A stretch of DNA of 63,608 nt, filler included, from Nitrospinota bacterium (GTDB taxonomy: Bacteria > JADFOP01), in assembly GCA_022562795.1 (NCBI GenBank). It is 3 parts of 3 records of this genome, joined end to end, with 100 filler letters (N's around TTAATTAATTAA, not from the genome) between each part and the next. Parts side by side here need not be neighbours in the genome. Positions count along the whole stretch, not along the records: positions 43,896 to 63,608 come from JADFOP010000040.1; 2 more parts are not named here. The stretch is one strand, 5' to 3'. Below the pieces are notes generated by a model. That model was not told where the DNA came from and ran no database searches. It worked only from the letters and a program-made list of their open reading frames with translations. Each line of letters opens with the position of its first letter. The first letter of the stretch is position 1. Of the stretch, positions 61,482 to 63,608 are shown one piece after another. Made by a program: the position numbers and the translations under genes.

Positions 61482-62531
61482 ATGCGGATTGTGAACACCA
61501 TGCGGTACGCGGGCCAGATGGTGGCGAGTCGTCTGGCCGGTACACCGAGGCTGGTCTTAGCATCTATCTATCCGACACACCACTGCAACCTACGCTGCAC
61601 GTACTGCAGCTCTCCTTATCTCAAGACGCCCGAACTCACAACCGACCAGTGGCTGGCGGTGGTCGACGAGCTGGCCGACCTTGGTTGCCGTCGCGTCGCC
61701 ATTCTCGGAGGTGAACCTCTGGTGCGGAAAGATGTGCCGGACCTAATCGCGAGGGTGCGGGAGCGGGGCATGTCATGTGTGCTGACCTCGAACGGAGTAC
61801 TTGTACCTCGGCTGGTCGATCGCCTGCGCCTGCTCAACACTCTCGTCCTCAGCCTCGATGCTGTAGGAGAGGCGAATGATGAGGTGCGCGGCGCCGGGGT
61901 TTTTGAGGCGGTCAAAGATGCCCTTGCGGCTGCCAGGGGAGCGGACATCCCGGTCAAAATCAACGCCGTGCTCTCTGCAAAAACGGCCCCGATGCTCGAT
62001 GAATTGCTCGCGTTCATCGAACAGCACGATCTCTACCTTACCCTGAATATCATGCGGTCTGGGGATTCCAACCTCTGGCACAACGCCGACAGTATCAAGG
62101 CCGAAGACGACGAAATCCGAAAGGTTTGCCATCGGATGGCGAGCCTGACACGGACTAACCCGCGGATACTCTTTTCGGAGACCACCTTCCGCTACGCCGC
62201 CCGCTGGGACGACTACTCTCGCGATCGATACGAGGCCGATGAGCTCCCGGCGGACGACCCGCTCCTGCGCGATGGTCCAAAGTGTCAAGCCGGTCGCTAC
62301 TATATGACCATCAATCCCGACGGGACGGTGTATCCCTGCGTAATGACCGTCGGGAGTATTCCAGGTGGCAACGTCGTGACCGATGGTGTGGAAGCAGCCT
62401 GGCGCCAACTGCACGGGCACCGGTGCGTGGCCTGTTATTCGCCCTGTCTGGTGGAAAATAATTACCTCTTCTCGCTCAAGCCCCGGGTAGTGGTAAATTT
62501 TGTGGCCAAACATTTGACTCGATTTTTTTAG
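61482..62531 (+). CDS. Second radical SAM protein with twitch/SPASM-like C-terminus
   Basis: CNLRCTYC, GGEPL.R, SNG, CQAG...PDG.VYPC...CVACYSPC; AAGGAG RBS. Confidence 0.92.
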   Translation: MRIVNTMRYAGQMVASRLAGTPRLVLASIYPTHHCNLRCTYCSSPYLKTPELTTDQWLAVVDELADLGCRRVAILGGEPLVRKDVPDLIARVRERGMSCVLTSNGVLVPRLVDRLRLLNTLVLSLDAVGEANDEVRGAGVFEAVKDALAAARGADIPVKINAVLSAKTAPMLDELLAFIEQHDLYLTLNIMRSGDSNLWHNADSIKAEDDEIRKVCHRMASLTRTNPRILFSETTFRYAARWDDYSRDRYEADELPADDPLLRDGPKCQAGRYYMTINPDGTVYPCVMTVGSIPGGNVVTDGVEAAWRQLHGHRCVACYSPCLVENNYLFSLKPRVVVNFVAKHLTRFF

Positions 62532-63064
62532 TCAGGCTAAGCTCGCTGTTGGCTTGGCGGGTGGGCAGAACCCGGCAACCAATATCGCGCGAGGTTCCTT
62601 TGTAGGAATGCTTTCAAGATGGTTCGTTCCGGGCGCCCTTGGATTTCCGGGTGCAATTTTTTAAGAAGTTTAAACTCTCCCGTTGGTTATCCCGAGTTAA
62701 GATGTCACTAGCAAGCCTCCCGCCCTCCTTCCTCGTTAGTGCGCTGGAGCCGTAGATGGAGCGTTGGTCGCAGTCCGGTGTGGCTTTCCNNNNNNNNNNG
62801 CAAGAGGGGCCACTGGCATCGTCACCACTACCTATTGACCTACCATTCATCTAAAAGGCATATAACATCTCCAAGCGAGTAGGCCGTGTTAAGTCCTCCG
62901 TTTCGGTTGACCCACCAATCATTGTGAGGTTGCATAACACGATGTAGTTGCCCCTCTTGCCCCTCACGCCCCTCTGCCTCCAGGGGCAATAACTGGAGAA
63001 ATATGCCCTCTAAGACGGTCCATGGATGGAGTTTCTTTTTTACAAAGCAGAAGCCTCGGCGGGT

Positions 63065-63262
63065 GGTGTCGGGGTCAGGGGGTCGCAAGCGACCTTTGGT
63101 CGGCCCGACTACCCGGTTTTTTGCGGACAGGGGTAAACCCTGTCCCTACAGTGAGGCCCCATTGTAGGGACGCCCCTTGTGGGTGTCCGGCCTTTAGGGC
63201 AGCGATCTGCCCTTCAATCCCGCGGACATCCGCCCAAGGTCCGCCTGAGGCGGAGCGCCTAC
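63065..63262. repeat. GTAG-family REP/REPIN cluster B
   Basis: 63123-63149 is the reverse complement of 48164-48190 at 26/27; 63164-63262 is an inverted homolog of 47998-48109. Confidence 0.8.
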
Positions 63263-63292
63263 CCAACCCCTCCTTAGTTTAGGCGAAAGGGA

Positions 63293-63321
63293 TTGACAAT
63301 GGCCGGCGGCATGTCGATAAT
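63293..63321 (+). promoter_or_regulatory. sigma70 promoter upstream of structured RNA and NYN gene
   Basis: TTGACA-17bp-GATAAT. Confidence 0.7.
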
Positions 63322-63327
63322 TAAAAT

Positions 63328-63419
63328 AGAATTGCTCCCTACCCTTGTGTCTTGCGGATACAACGGTAGGCTATGACCTCCAGGGGGTTGGCTCTCTAGC
63401 CAACCCCCTGTTCTTTTTT
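63328..63419 (+). ncRNA. Candidate ~90-nt RNA: hairpin plus intrinsic terminator
   Basis: Hairpin 63338-63370; perfect 13-bp stem 63381-63410 followed by TTCTTTTTT. Confidence 0.55.
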
Positions 63420-63431
63420 AGGGGGGATCGA

Positions 63432-63608
63432 ATGAACCGTGTCATGGTCTTCATCGACGGAATGAATCTTTACCACAGCCTCAAGGACCATGGGATCAGG
63501 ACAGATATCGATTTCTACAAGTTTTCTTTGAAACTCGCTGGAGACGACAGGCTTATCCGCACCTACTACTACAACGCGCCTTATGACCAGAAGCATGAGC
63601 CTAAACGG
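63432..63608 (+). CDS. NYN domain (LabA/DUF88, PIN-like) RNase, 3' truncated by window edge; not in the ORF track
   Basis: MNRVMVFIDGMNLYH...IDF..F...L....LIRTYYYNA. Confidence 0.85.
   Translation, partial: MNRVMVFIDGMNLYHSLKDHGIRTDIDFYKFSLKLAGDDRLIRTYYYNAPYDQKHEPKR

Noticed and set aside
62840-63088. 82-aa minus-strand ORF near the 10-N gap
   Set aside because: Starts inside a REP element and has no recognisable motif or RBS

Overview
GC-rich bacterial chromosomal DNA made of at least three contigs. They are joined by N-runs carrying an artificial TTAATTAATTAA linker at 22101-22200 and 43796-43895, and there is a 10-N gap at 62790-62799, so adjacency across the gaps is unproven. Gene order is deltaproteobacterial/Nitrospinota-like (inference). 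Contig 1 holds the end of a system I cytochrome c maturation operon, a HEAT lipoprotein, uppP/manC/yqaA/PMM, plsC-trxB-dciA-TPR-LolB-like-ispE-prs-rplY-pth, a membrane pyrophosphatase (Na+-type signature), a cupredoxin, a type III PKS with an ICMT-like methyltransferase, and a low-GC HTH-HATPase-DUF4325 islet between IS remnants. Contig 2 holds a heat-shock cluster (hsp20, dnaK, two dnaJ, htpX, grpE, FmdB-like, DUF1844) and a long minus-strand run ychF / rpsF-ssb-rpsR-rplI-dnaB-alr-mlaEFD-aromatic repeat protein-tatT-dctPQM. Contig 3 holds nrdJ with NrdR boxes, small accessory ORFs, GTAG-type REP elements, doxX, pepA, a NifU-domain gene, thrS-infC-rpmI-rplT, three tRNAs, tig-clpP-clpX, a GT2 plus two radical SAM genes, and an NYN RNase preceded by a promoter-hairpin-terminator RNA. 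The most notable observations are: a type III TA-like RNA/NYN module; an MCE + aromatic repeat protein + TPAT lipid-transport candidate; a dnaB with a low-GC ATPase domain; three degenerate 10-bp GCGATTTTCC arrays; a GrpE/DUF1844 shared DRRHWAR motif; twin HAIR-overlapping promoters; and an out-of-frame nrdJ start. All family calls come from motif recognition by eye, not database searches.
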